Assembly: GCA_964645775.1 (NCBI GenBank)
Contig: CAZYBU010000008.1
Coordinates: 2,957-66,956 of the forward strand
Reading direction: 5' to 3'
Source of the DNA: an uncultured Leptospirales bacterium
Lineage (GTDB): Bacteria; Spirochaetota; UBA4802; UBA5550
DNA: 64,000 nucleotides
Shown piece by piece: positions 38,720-47,766 of the stretch; position 1 is the first letter of the stretch, and every line of letters begins with the position of its first letter. A model generated the notes under the pieces. That model saw only the letters and a list, made by a program, of their open reading frames with translations. It did no database searches and was not told the origin of the DNA. The position numbers and the translations under genes were made by a program.

Positions 38720-39625
38720 TTAAAAGAGGTTTTTGAAGAGGGTTTTTGACCCGTCTTCATGGTAATCATAGAAACCCCTGCCATTCTTTTTACCAAGGCG
38801 TCCGGCTTCCACCATCTTACGATAGAGGATATTGACCGCATCCCTGGGATTGTGTGTGTAATCGTATACCGCGTCACCGGCAGCGACAATGATGTCGAAT
38901 CCGCCAAAATCGGCCAGCTCGCAGGGACCCATGGGATGACCCGCGCCCAGTTTCATGGCCTGGTCGACCTCCTCGGCCGTTGCCGTCCCTTCCAGGACGA
39001 TTTGGGCCGCTTCATGGTAGAGAAGCCCCAGGAGACGATTGACGATAAAGCCAGGAGTATCCTTTACCGTGACCCCGACCTTGCCAATACTCTTGCAGAA
39101 TTCCAGGACCGTATCAACGGTCTCCTGGCTGACGCCAATCGGTTTAACCACCTCAACAAGCTTCATGACAACGGCTGGATTGAAGAAATGCATGCCGATA
39201 ATCCTGTCTGGACGATCGGTGGCTCCTCCTATCTGGGTTACCGGCAGGACAGATGTATTTGAAGCCAGGATTGTTTCCGGCTTGCAGGCCTTATCCAGCT
39301 CGGCGAATACTTTCTTTTTCAGTTCAATGTCTTCGGGAATAGCTTCAATAACCAGGTCCGCATCAGCTGCCATCTTTTTAAGCTCGGTTCCGGTAGAAAT
39401 ACGACCAATGACAGCCTCTCCATCTTCTTTTGATATTTTACCCTTGGCCACAAAGTGTTTATCAATGCTGCCGGATATTTTCTGCATGGCCTTATCCAGG
39501 GCACCCTGATCGACATCATAGATACCTACCGTGAAACCGTTAAGGGCGGATACCTGGGCTATCCCATGCCCCATGGTCCCTGAACCGAGTACCGTCACTT
39601 TTTTGATATTCATGTAATCCTCCAT
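38720..39625 (-). CDS. 3-hydroxyacyl-CoA dehydrogenase
   Basis: VTVLGSGTMGHGIAQ NAD-binding motif. 301 aa with Hbd-like architecture. Confidence 0.85.
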   Translation of the reverse strand: MEDYMNIKKVTVLGSGTMGHGIAQVSALNGFTVGIYDVDQGALDKAMQKISGSIDKHFVAKGKISKEDGEAVIGRISTGTELKKMAADADLVIEAIPEDIELKKKVFAELDKACKPETILASNTSVLPVTQIGGATDRPDRIIGMHFFNPAVVMKLVEVVKPIGVSQETVDTVLEFCKSIGKVGVTVKDTPGFIVNRLLGLLYHEAAQIVLEGTATAEEVDQAMKLGAGHPMGPCELADFGGFDIIVAAGDAVYDYTHNPRDAVNILYRKMVEAGRLGKKNGRGFYDYHEDGSKTLFKNLF

Positions 39626-39657
39626 TTAATTTTCTCTTATAATATCATCACCGGAAA

Positions 39658-40278
39658 TTATGTTCTCCGGGTAATCCCTTCCATAAAGACGAATGTTGTT
39701 GTATCCATAGTCGGTTCCATGGGGAATTCACCGTTCAGGTTACTGTAAACGTATTTCCTGATTACTCCATCAATAGATCCATGAAGCAGGGAGGATAACA
39801 GATCGGGCGGAATCTCTTTTATAAAGATGCCCTTTTCCTGTCCCTGTTTGAAAATATCCGCGATTCTATGGAAATATTGATCATAGAGAATCTGGCAGGT
39901 CTCTTCATAGAAAGCATCCAGCCTGGGAACATCCATGATAAGAACTTTCATCAAATCGGGATGATCTCTGTAGTTGCTATAAAGATAGCCGATCACTTCT
40001 TTTAACTTCTCGTGAGGTGGAACAGAGGAGGCTTCGATTTCATCGAGTTTGCCCAGAAATCGACTCCATGCACTTCGATATATTGTTAGAAGAATCTCTT
40101 CTTTGCTCGGGTAATAATGATAAAAGAGTCCGTATGCGATGTTAGCCTCGTTCATGATATCAGCAATCCTGCAGCGGTAATACCCCTTACGCGCGAATAT
40201 TTTCACAGCAGCTCTTCTTATAAGCTCCTTTTTTGAAATCTCAGCTTTTTTAGCGTACTTTTTCAAAGCATCCTTCAC
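39658..40278 (-). CDS. TetR/AcrR-family transcriptional regulator
   Basis: HTH RRAAVKIFARKGYYRCRIADIMNEANIAYGLFYHYYPSKEEIL, paralogous to 7537..8133. Start codon is GTG at 40276-40278. Confidence 0.85.
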   Translation of the reverse strand: MKDALKKYAKKAEISKKELIRRAAVKIFARKGYYRCRIADIMNEANIAYGLFYHYYPSKEEILLTIYRSAWSRFLGKLDEIEASSVPPHEKLKEVIGYLYSNYRDHPDLMKVLIMDVPRLDAFYEETCQILYDQYFHRIADIFKQGQEKGIFIKEIPPDLLSSLLHGSIDGVIRKYVYSNLNGEFPMEPTMDTTTFVFMEGITRRT

Positions 40279-40290
40279 AAATCACCATGA

Positions 40291-40338
40291 TTGACAGGTC
40301 AGTCAACATGCGCACTGTATCGATTGATTGGTCAATCG
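40291..40338. promoter_or_regulatory. candidate TetR operators: TTGACaggtcaGTCAA (40291-40306) and CGATTGAttggTCAATCG (40321-40338)
   Basis: Two inverted repeats within 60 nt upstream of the TetR start. The second shares the TTGATTGA half-site with the site at 17829. Confidence 0.45.
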
Positions 40339-40385
40339 TCAATATTAATTTTCTTCCATGACTCTTTTTGATAAAAAAAATCAAA

Positions 40386-40404
40386 GATCTGGATAGTTAT
40401 CGGT
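40386..40404 (+). repeat. left 19-bp inverted repeat GATCTGGATAGTTATCGGT
   Basis: Perfect reverse complement of 41157..41175. Contains the GGATAGTTATCGG palindrome-family core. Confidence 0.6.
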
Positions 40405-40469
40405 GCTTTTTTTTCCAAATCAGGCTTCCCGGGCGTGTACCATATATAACACAAAAGAGGAAGAATAGG

Positions 40470-40904
40470 ATGATTGAAACAACTGTTAACATGCACATGA
40501 AGACAAGGTATAAGCTCTTGCAAGCTTCGAATAAGACCGGATTGTGTTTCAACAGGCTAATCAGGTTACTACTGCAGTATTCGCTTAGAGATGAAGATAA
40601 CACTATTTCATCTTTTGGAAGAATACGATACCAGGACAGAAGAGAGACAAAGGACTGGACCAGATTCCATTTAACCCTCGATGAGAGGGATTATGAATTA
40701 TTGCTGGATGTTCGCAAGTTCTACAAGGTATCGGTATCTCTGTTTCTTGCTCGAGCTATTGATACCATATTAAGAACGTTGATAAATCGTATCCTGAAAA
40801 AATCCCTTGATCTGGATAACTATCCAATAAACTGCTATACCATAATACAAGCCACAACAGATAATGGAGATGTATATTGGAAACTGTACTGGGGGATTCC
40901 CTGA
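40470..40904 (+). CDS. small ribbon-helix-helix-like DNA-binding protein (hypothetical)
   Basis: Start set at ATG 40470 (MIETTVN) with AGAGGAAGA SD. The ORF-track start at 40368 has no SD. Central FHLTLDERDYELLLDVRKFYKVSVSLFLARAID fits a beta-strand-helix-helix (CopG/Arc-like) pattern. Internal GGATAACTATCC palindrome at 40813-40824. Confidence 0.5.
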   Translation: MIETTVNMHMKTRYKLLQASNKTGLCFNRLIRLLLQYSLRDEDNTISSFGRIRYQDRRETKDWTRFHLTLDERDYELLLDVRKFYKVSVSLFLARAIDTILRTLINRILKKSLDLDNYPINCYTIIQATTDNGDVYWKLYWGIP

Positions 40905-41156
40905 TTCTGGCAGTTAATCATAAATCAGCATCTCCTGGCAGTTCTTCAGATAAGGTATGATTTATACTGCACCAATACTATTGTCCGTAAAGAAGACGCT
41001 TGATAATACATCGATGAATTTCTTGCAATTTCAGGCAGGTGAATTATTCTCTATCAATGGAACAGGATTGTCCAGGGGTTAATTTAACTGAAAAATTCCA
41101 CTTTTCTCGAACAATCATGAATATGAATAGATTCTCATGTTGTCCCAGAAAAATGA

Positions 41157-41175
41157 ACCGATAACTATCCAGATC
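41157..41175 (-). repeat. right 19-bp inverted repeat (reverse complement of 40386..40404)
   Basis: ACCGATAACTATCCAGATC on the plus strand. Together with the left copy it brackets a 790-bp segment. Confidence 0.6.
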
Positions 41176-41178
41176 AAT

Positions 41179-43008
41179 TTAGCTATTATGACATTTCTTT
41201 TCCATTCCTGGTATCTGTTCAAGCAGCTGCCCCAGGTTTTCAGGGAAAAGAGCCGCACGACCCTTTTCCAGAAGGTTATAATTACTTTGCCAGTAATTCA
41301 TCAGCTGTTTTCTGTATTTATCAGCAATCTGCACCGAATCATTTACCTGCTCGCGCGCAAAACGATTCAAAAACTGATATTTCCATGAGATAGTTATCGC
41401 CAACTTTCGTTCAAGGGCAACAAGGTCTTTCCAGAGAGGTCTACCTTTTTTATCAATGGTTTTTCGAACCCTTTCTTCGAAATCAAGGATACTCCTGGCA
41501 ATGGATCTCCGAAAAACGTCTGCCTTGATAATATCATCCGTTATATGAAAGAAATGATATCCCTTCACCGCAAACCCGACAGCAAGAGAAAAGCGTTTAG
41601 GAAATCTACCAAGTACATTGAAAAGGAATGTAAGGTATTCCAAACCGTGCGATGAGAACGTCTGCCGAACAAGTGAGTTGAGAAATGCCCTGATGTCCCG
41701 CAGTGTCAGATTATAGGAAAGATAATCATTGACCTGAAGTCTCTCCAGCAGCTTGAGACACCTCTGGAAATAGCGTTTCGGATCATAAATACGTTTTAAA
41801 AGATCCCGATACCCCATAACCAGTTCACTTTTATCCATCACCGGTATAAAGTTTAGTTCCAGGTCATGGGTATTATTTCCCCTCAGACCATCCAGAAGCC
41901 TCCCTTCTCGCTTCAACCGTCGCGCCAGACGTGTTCTGGGTAGAGCCACCAGCAAGCCTACCATGGCAACGGGGATGGCTGCCTTCTGAATAAATTCAAG
42001 CTGACGATCAAATATGGTACTGTCATCGGAATCAAATCCAACGATAAACCCGGCGGTTACCTCGAGGCCCTTTCTCTGGATTGTTTCGACGGATTCCAGT
42101 ATATCCATCCGTGTATTCTGATGTTTATGTGCCGCAGCAAGTGTCTCATTGTCCGGCGTTTCAATTCCTATAAAGACCATATCAAACCCTGATTCCACCA
42201 TAAGGTCCATCAGGTCTTCATCTTCCGCCAGATTAATGCTTGCCTCTGTATATAACCTGAAGGGATAATTCCTTTCTTTCTGCCACTCTGATACGTGTTT
42301 AAGCAGATCACGAACTTTTCCCCGATGACCTATAAAGTTGTCATCCACGATAAAAATACCACCTCGGTATCCCGTATCATACAAGGCCTCCATCTCAGCC
42401 AGAAAACAACCGGGTTTCTTGGTGCGGGTAACACGACCGAACATCTCGATTATATCACAGAATTCGCAGTTATAGGGACACCCTCTTGAGAACTGAAGAC
42501 ACATGCTCACGTAATCATCATGATCGATCAGGTCAAAACGGGGTACCGGTGTCTGATTAAGTGATGGCTTTGTTTCATCCTCGTATACATGTTTTGCAAC
42601 GCCCAACTCATAATCTCGTATAAATTCCGGAAGAGTTATTTCAGCTTCATTGAGCACGAAATGATCCACACCTTCGATCTTTTCTCTCGAAGAGGTAGGA
42701 TAGGGTCCACCCGCCACAACAATAATTCCTGCTTCCCGGCATCTTTGTATGGTCTCTTCAAATGATTTTTGCTGAACGATCATGGCGGAAAGGAAGACGG
42801 TATCCGCCCAATCCAGGTCTTTCTTCTCCAGTTTTCGCACATTCAGGTCAACCAGTCGTACCTCCCACTCATCCGGCAGGAGCGCTGCCACGGTCAATAA
42901 TCCCAGGGGAGGAAAGGTCGCTTTCTTGTCAATAAAGGACATGACGTAACGGTAACTCCAGTACGTGGAAGGGATCTCGGGATAAATCATCAGTACTCTT
43001 CGATTCAT
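41179..43008 (-). CDS. B12-binding radical SAM protein (with C-terminal DUF4070-like region)
   Basis: N-terminal cobalamin-binding Rossmann segment (PLGLLTVAALLP). CxxxCxxC cluster (GCPYNCEFCD). 609 aa. Confidence 0.8.
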   Translation of the reverse strand: MNRRVLMIYPEIPSTYWSYRYVMSFIDKKATFPPLGLLTVAALLPDEWEVRLVDLNVRKLEKKDLDWADTVFLSAMIVQQKSFEETIQRCREAGIIVVAGGPYPTSSREKIEGVDHFVLNEAEITLPEFIRDYELGVAKHVYEDETKPSLNQTPVPRFDLIDHDDYVSMCLQFSRGCPYNCEFCDIIEMFGRVTRTKKPGCFLAEMEALYDTGYRGGIFIVDDNFIGHRGKVRDLLKHVSEWQKERNYPFRLYTEASINLAEDEDLMDLMVESGFDMVFIGIETPDNETLAAAHKHQNTRMDILESVETIQRKGLEVTAGFIVGFDSDDSTIFDRQLEFIQKAAIPVAMVGLLVALPRTRLARRLKREGRLLDGLRGNNTHDLELNFIPVMDKSELVMGYRDLLKRIYDPKRYFQRCLKLLERLQVNDYLSYNLTLRDIRAFLNSLVRQTFSSHGLEYLTFLFNVLGRFPKRFSLAVGFAVKGYHFFHITDDIIKADVFRRSIARSILDFEERVRKTIDKKGRPLWKDLVALERKLAITISWKYQFLNRFAREQVNDSVQIADKYRKQLMNYWQSNYNLLEKGRAALFPENLGQLLEQIPGMEKKCHNS

Positions 43009-43372
43009 GTAGCTTTCCTCTGCTCTCTTTCGGTCATTTTTTCACCTATCATGGTAGACGATTCTATCACATATAGTATTTTGTGGAATAAATACAATAT
43101 TTATTCTTTACATTTATTTGCTAAAAAAATTCAATTATCCACGGCGCCTTCTGCGGCGGGAATAATTGAATTTTTGTTTGCACTTAAAGGCATTTTCAGG
43201 ATAATTACTAGAATAAATATACTGTTAATACCTGTTCAAATCAACAATTATGAATTTATCTTTTTACTGTAACCGGTTAAAGGTAATGGTTTCATAATTG
43301 TACGACTCACAGATCCCGTGAGCAACCCTGACAAATGAACAGGTAGTAGCAGATAATCTGCGAGGAGGAACC

Positions 43373-44068
43373 ATGTTTCTCGGAATTGACCCCCTGTACT
43401 GGATGATGATGATACCGGTATTTCTGCTTTCAGCTGTGGCGTCCTGGAAAGTAAAGAGTACTTTCAAAGAATTTTCCAAAAAGGCAAACAGCTCAGGTCT
43501 GACCGGGGCCGAAATTGCGGCCCAGATCCTTCGAAGAAACGGGCTTTCCCATGTACGGGTTGAGCAGGCCAGCGGTTTCCTGTCTGACCATTACGATCCC
43601 ACAAAAAAGGTTGTCCGCCTGTCACCGGACGTGTACGGTAGCAGGTCGATCTCCGCCATAGGCGTCGCCGCCCATGAAACAGGACACGCCATCCAGCATG
43701 CCAGATCATACAGTCCTCTTGTACTGAGAAATATGCTGGTACCGGTAGCGTCGATCGGGTCGAACCTTTCCTGGATCATAATTTTCGCCGGGTTTATCTT
43801 CGGTGCCCTGGGGCTGGTCAAGATAGGCATAGTCCTGTTCAGCGCCGTTGTTGTGTTCCAACTGCTGACCCTGCCCGTTGAATTCAACGCCTCTACCAGG
43901 GCAAAGGAGCTTCTTGGAAAATACGGCATCGTTTCAAGGACGGATGCCCAGGGAGTGGCGAGTGTACTGAACGCGGCAGCCATGACCTATGTCGCGGCTG
44001 CAGCCAGCGCCATTATGACCCTTCTCTATTTCCTTCTCAGGGCCGGTATCCTGGGAGGGAACGATTAG
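43373..44068 (+). CDS. putative zinc metallopeptidase (Zn_peptidase_2-like membrane protein)
   Basis: HETGHAIQH zinc-binding motif. N- and C-terminal TM helices. GAGGAGG SD. Confidence 0.75.
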   Translation: MFLGIDPLYWMMMIPVFLLSAVASWKVKSTFKEFSKKANSSGLTGAEIAAQILRRNGLSHVRVEQASGFLSDHYDPTKKVVRLSPDVYGSRSISAIGVAAHETGHAIQHARSYSPLVLRNMLVPVASIGSNLSWIIIFAGFIFGALGLVKIGIVLFSAVVVFQLLTLPVEFNASTRAKELLGKYGIVSRTDAQGVASVLNAAAMTYVAAAASAIMTLLYFLLRAGILGGND

Positions 44069-44072
44069 AATC

Positions 44073-45104
44073 ATGACGGCTTCCCCGGAGGAGCCATTTA
44101 ACAGAACCACGTTCACCCGTTTTCTAATAGAAGAACAGCGCCATATAACAGGCGCTACGGGTGAATTCACCTCACTAATGAACGATGTGGTAACAGCCTG
44201 CAAGGTCGTTTCCCACGCGGTTAACCACGGAGCCCTGCAGAACGTTCTGGGCAGTTCCACCAGCCGGAACATCCAGGGCGAGACCCAGAAAAAACTCGAT
44301 ATCATCGCCAATGACCTGATGATAAACTCAAGCGAATGGGCGGGAAACTGCGCCGCTCTCGCTTCGGAAGAGATGGAGGATATATATCACATACCGCCCC
44401 AGTATCCCAGGGGGAAGTACCTCCTGGTATTTGATCCCCTGGACGGTTCTTCCAACATAGATATCAACGCTCCCGTGGGGACCATATTCTCTATCCTGAA
44501 ATACAACGGCTTACAATCTGATCCCCTGGAAAAAGATTTTCTGCAACCCGGACAGGAACAGATAGCGGCCGGGTATGCCATCTACGGACCCCAGACCCTG
44601 ATGGTTCTCACAACAGGTAACGGTGTAAACGGCTTTACCCTGGATACGAACATCGGTGAGTTCATCCTTACCCATCCCGATCTGCGTATCCCGGAAGAAA
44701 CCCATGAGTTCGCCATAAACATGTCCAACATGCGTCACTGGGAAGAACCGGTTCGTCGTTACGTACAGGAATGCCTGGAAGGAAGAAGCGGAATCCGGGA
44801 AAAGGACTTCAACATGCGATGGATCGCTTCCCTTGTCTCGGAAGTTCACAGGATTCTCATGCGTGGAGGGGTCTTCATGTATCCCATGGATGATCGCATC
44901 AGGGAAAAGGGAGGAAGGCTGCGACTGATGTACGAAGCCGGCCCCATGGCCTTCATCGTTGAGCAGGCCGGAGGAAAGGCCGTTACAGGTAAAGATCGAA
45001 TTATGGACGTCCAGCCTGAAAGCCTTCACCAGAGGATACCGGTTATCCTCGGATCAGCCCGTGAAGTTGAACGAATACATCGCTATTACCGGGAGATGAC
45101 CTGA
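44073..45104 (+). CDS. fbp: fructose-1,6-bisphosphatase class I
   Basis: [15 protein letters not shown] metal-binding signature and GKLRLMYEA C-terminal motif. Confidence 0.9.
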   Translation: MTASPEEPFNRTTFTRFLIEEQRHITGATGEFTSLMNDVVTACKVVSHAVNHGALQNVLGSSTSRNIQGETQKKLDIIANDLMINSSEWAGNCAALASEEMEDIYHIPPQYPRGKYLLVFDPLDGSSNIDINAPVGTIFSILKYNGLQSDPLEKDFLQPGQEQIAAGYAIYGPQTLMVLTTGNGVNGFTLDTNIGEFILTHPDLRIPEETHEFAINMSNMRHWEEPVRRYVQECLEGRSGIREKDFNMRWIASLVSEVHRILMRGGVFMYPMDDRIREKGGRLRLMYEAGPMAFIVEQAGGKAVTGKDRIMDVQPESLHQRIPVILGSAREVERIHRYYREMT

Positions 45105-45120
45105 TCTTCACCCCGATCCT

Positions 45121-46029
45121 TTATGTAAACTCTTTTATCCAGTCCAGGGCTATGGGATAGATCTCTTCAGGCGCTTCCCTGTGGGTCAGCATGGTAATGT
45201 GATCATAATCATTGCGAAAACCTGCCTTCTTGCCCAGAAGAACGTACTTCCAGTTATCCTGCCCTGATTCCCTGGCCGTTCGCATCACGTCAACAGGATG
45301 TCCAAGGCACCGGTCCTGGCTTGCCGCCAGGTAGAGAGCGGGAGGAAGGGTAGCTTCATTGGCGGCTTTGCCGTAATCGAAACCATCATCCGGGTCGATC
45401 CACCTGTCCCGGGTGGCCCAGAGCATGCAGTGCAGATGAGTGCCGTCTGATTCATGATCAGACGCGATACCAAAGGGGAGACTCTCAGCCGGCAGGTATC
45501 CATGCTTTCGAATGACCCTGCGGCAATACCAGCTCCAGATAGCATCAATCTGAAGTATTCTTGTGGGATTGATCACGCTTACGTATCTCTTGGTCCCGAA
45601 ATAGGTCAGGCTCTTAACCTTCGAAACATTTTCAGGAAAACGGACAAGGTGTGAGTTCATAATCACCCCTCCCCAGGAATGGGCCACCCAGTGCTGGGGG
45701 ACGTCGCCTTTTATTTCCCGGATACTGTTCATAAGCGCAGGTATGTCTTCTACAATCTCCTCTGTCTGGCTGAAGGTCGATTCAGCCGAGATGGGAGGTT
45801 CACCTCCTCCCCTTCCCCTCCTGTGAGCGACAAATACATCATAGCCCTGACGGGCCAGCCAGGGAGCCAGCCCCGCACCCCTTTCGCTGTAGAACACCTT
45901 CCCGTTCTCTATGGAACCGTGCAGCATGAGAACCGGCTCACCTTTCGGGTCCTTTTTGATTCTCCGCACATGCAGACTGCTTCCATCCGGAACCGGAATC
46001 ATAATCGAAGAATAATCCAGGTTATTCAT
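45121..46029 (-). CDS. alpha/beta-fold hydrolase
   Basis: VLMLHGS...HSWGG nucleophile elbow. 302 aa. Confidence 0.75.
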   Translation of the reverse strand: MNNLDYSSIMIPVPDGSSLHVRRIKKDPKGEPVLMLHGSIENGKVFYSERGAGLAPWLARQGYDVFVAHRRGRGGGEPPISAESTFSQTEEIVEDIPALMNSIREIKGDVPQHWVAHSWGGVIMNSHLVRFPENVSKVKSLTYFGTKRYVSVINPTRILQIDAIWSWYCRRVIRKHGYLPAESLPFGIASDHESDGTHLHCMLWATRDRWIDPDDGFDYGKAANEATLPPALYLAASQDRCLGHPVDVMRTARESGQDNWKYVLLGKKAGFRNDYDHITMLTHREAPEEIYPIALDWIKEFT

Positions 46030-46275
46030 AGAGGTATCCTGCTAAATTGTACAATTCAAGAATGAACTATATTCTCAGAGGATGATACATCTGGAAAGAA
46101 GATTATTCCAGTTGAAACGGTTGAAAACATTATATGAACAGAAACGATACAAAAATGAAGATTGAATACCCGGGTGCCATGCCCAAAATGTTCTCTCCAA
46201 CGAACGGACCACCGTCGACCTCGCCTTTTATCATATTCGGTTTAGCGAGGCAGGATCGCGCATACCGATTCAGGA

Positions 46276-46872
46276 TTATTTGTCCCGTTTCTGGAGGTAG
46301 CGCGCCCTGTCATTGACCTTGTGGATGGTGGTCAGTATGGCGCTCAGATTGATCGTAAGGGCAACGGACTGGTCCCTGTCGTCGATCCGTTCGATGATGG
46401 GATTGTAATTATGGGTTATTCCACTGTAGGTTACCCAGGTCTGGTTGTTATTAACGGGACGAAGCCTCCAATGAAAATGGGTTCCCTCCAGATGTCCTGA
46501 ATACTGATAGATATCCACCTTGCCCTTTGCCTTGTCGAGAACATACCGGTTTGAGTATACCGTGTTCACGAAAATGGGTACCTTGATCTCGAAATCACCG
46601 ATTATAACCTGCCCGTTGTTCTCAATCTTCTGAACATCCGATTTGATCATCCTGGGGAAGTATTCCTTGTACCGTTTAATATCAGTTATCGCTTCCCATA
46701 TATACTTGAAGGGTACGTTCATGAGCATGGTCCCTCGAACAGAAACCAGTTTTCCACTCTGGTTGTAGACAGGTACCATGACAGGCCCCTTCTGCAGTTC
46801 TTCCTGTATACTGAAAGAAAATGCCGGCAATGCGGCCAGAAGTATCATGGTTGAAAAGATTATTTTTTTCAT
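46276..46872 (-). CDS. secreted SRPBCC/Bet v1-like lipid-binding protein (tentative)
   Basis: Start moved to ATG 46872 (MKKIIFSTMILLAALPAFS signal peptide) with AGAGGGA SD. Fold call from weak motif similarity. Confidence 0.5.
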   Translation of the reverse strand: MKKIIFSTMILLAALPAFSFSIQEELQKGPVMVPVYNQSGKLVSVRGTMLMNVPFKYIWEAITDIKRYKEYFPRMIKSDVQKIENNGQVIIGDFEIKVPIFVNTVYSNRYVLDKAKGKVDIYQYSGHLEGTHFHWRLRPVNNNQTWVTYSGITHNYNPIIERIDDRDQSVALTINLSAILTTIHKVNDRARYLQKRDK

Positions 46873-46953
46873 TTTATCCCTCTTTTGATTATATTTAATA
46901 GAATATAAATATTTGTTGACATTTTGCTTCGCAGGATCCATATTGCTTACATG

Positions 46954-47766
46954 AAGACCTTGCAGGTGACAGAGAAGATTAAAACGGCTCCTAAAAAGCC
47001 CCCTCTCCCCCAGGAGGTGGTCGATTCGATTCGTTTTCCCATACGCTTCCCGGAATTTGAGAATGGAGAAAACCCTGAATTAAAGATCACCATTGTCCGT
47101 CCCCTCGACTACCTGCTTTACTTTATTGTTTTCCTTATAAGCTTTACGGTTGTGAAAATCTTCCATGGCGCAAAAATTCTCGGAAAAAAGAGACTTCCCC
47201 GTGACAGGGGGGCCCTTATCATATCCAACCATTCCCTCTTTATTGAACCACCCTACCTGGCTTACTACAGCTTTCCCGGACAAAACTACTTCACCAGCAA
47301 TCTTTACAACCTTAAGGCCCCGATCCTTGGAAACTTTCTCCGTCACGTCAATACCCTGCCCCTGTTTCAGGGACCAAGATTTGATGAATCCCGGCGTTTT
47401 ATCCTTCGGGCACTTGAACGTTCCCATGTCCTTTTCTATCCTGAAGGTCACCTTTCTCACATGAGCAACAGGATGCTTGAATTCAAGCTGGGAGCCTTCA
47501 GGCTCGCCGTTGATGAAGGATTGGATATCTACCCCCTGATTTTTTTCAAGCGCCGTATCCGGATCGGTTACTTCACCGTGCCTCTTTTCATACGTGCCCA
47601 TTCCGAAATCCAGGACCCTGTATCCATCAAAGATTTTCGTCCGGACAATGGTGACAGAGAAGAATGGGCAAAAAATCTGGCTGATCACTGCTACGATCTC
47701 ATGCAGTCAAGACTTAATGAGTACATGTCCATTCACTCTCTGGAACAGTATCCCCTCGGTTCATAA
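46954..47766 (+). CDS. lysophospholipid acyltransferase (PlsC family)
   Basis: NHSLFIE (NHx4D-like) and FPEG motifs. Start taken at the internal ATG (MKTLQV). The 5' end is uncertain. Confidence 0.65.
   Translation, partial: KTLQVTEKIKTAPKKPPLPQEVVDSIRFPIRFPEFENGENPELKITIVRPLDYLLYFIVFLISFTVVKIFHGAKILGKKRLPRDRGALIISNHSLFIEPPYLAYYSFPGQNYFTSNLYNLKAPILGNFLRHVNTLPLFQGPRFDESRRFILRALERSHVLFYPEGHLSHMSNRMLEFKLGAFRLAVDEGLDIYPLIFFKRRIRIGYFTVPLFIRAHSEIQDPVSIKDFRPDNGDREEWAKNLADHCYDLMQSRLNEYMSIHSLEQYPLGS

Noticed and set aside
40905-41156. Direct repeat CTGGCAGTT (x2, 24 nt apart) downstream of the RHH gene as a sigma54 promoter or iteron
   Set aside because: No downstream GC -12 element at the right spacing and only two copies. 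Insufficient evidence.
3-41405. Initial impression of an exact 18-nt repeat between the window start (CGATAACTATCGCCAACT) and 41388-41405
   Set aside because: On strand-aware comparison the cores are reverse-complement variants (GATAACTATC vs GATAGTTATC). Only the 11-mer TATCGCCAACT plus the palindromic core is shared. This is suggestive but not a duplicated segment.
43170-43195. Reading TTTGCACTTAAAGGCAT as a sigma54 -24/-12 promoter
   Set aside because: The spacing is right, but the -24 GG and -12 GC dinucleotides are displaced or mismatched (TTGCAC...GGCAT, not TGGCAC...TTGCA). It is kept only as a hypothesis inside the conserved-motif finding.
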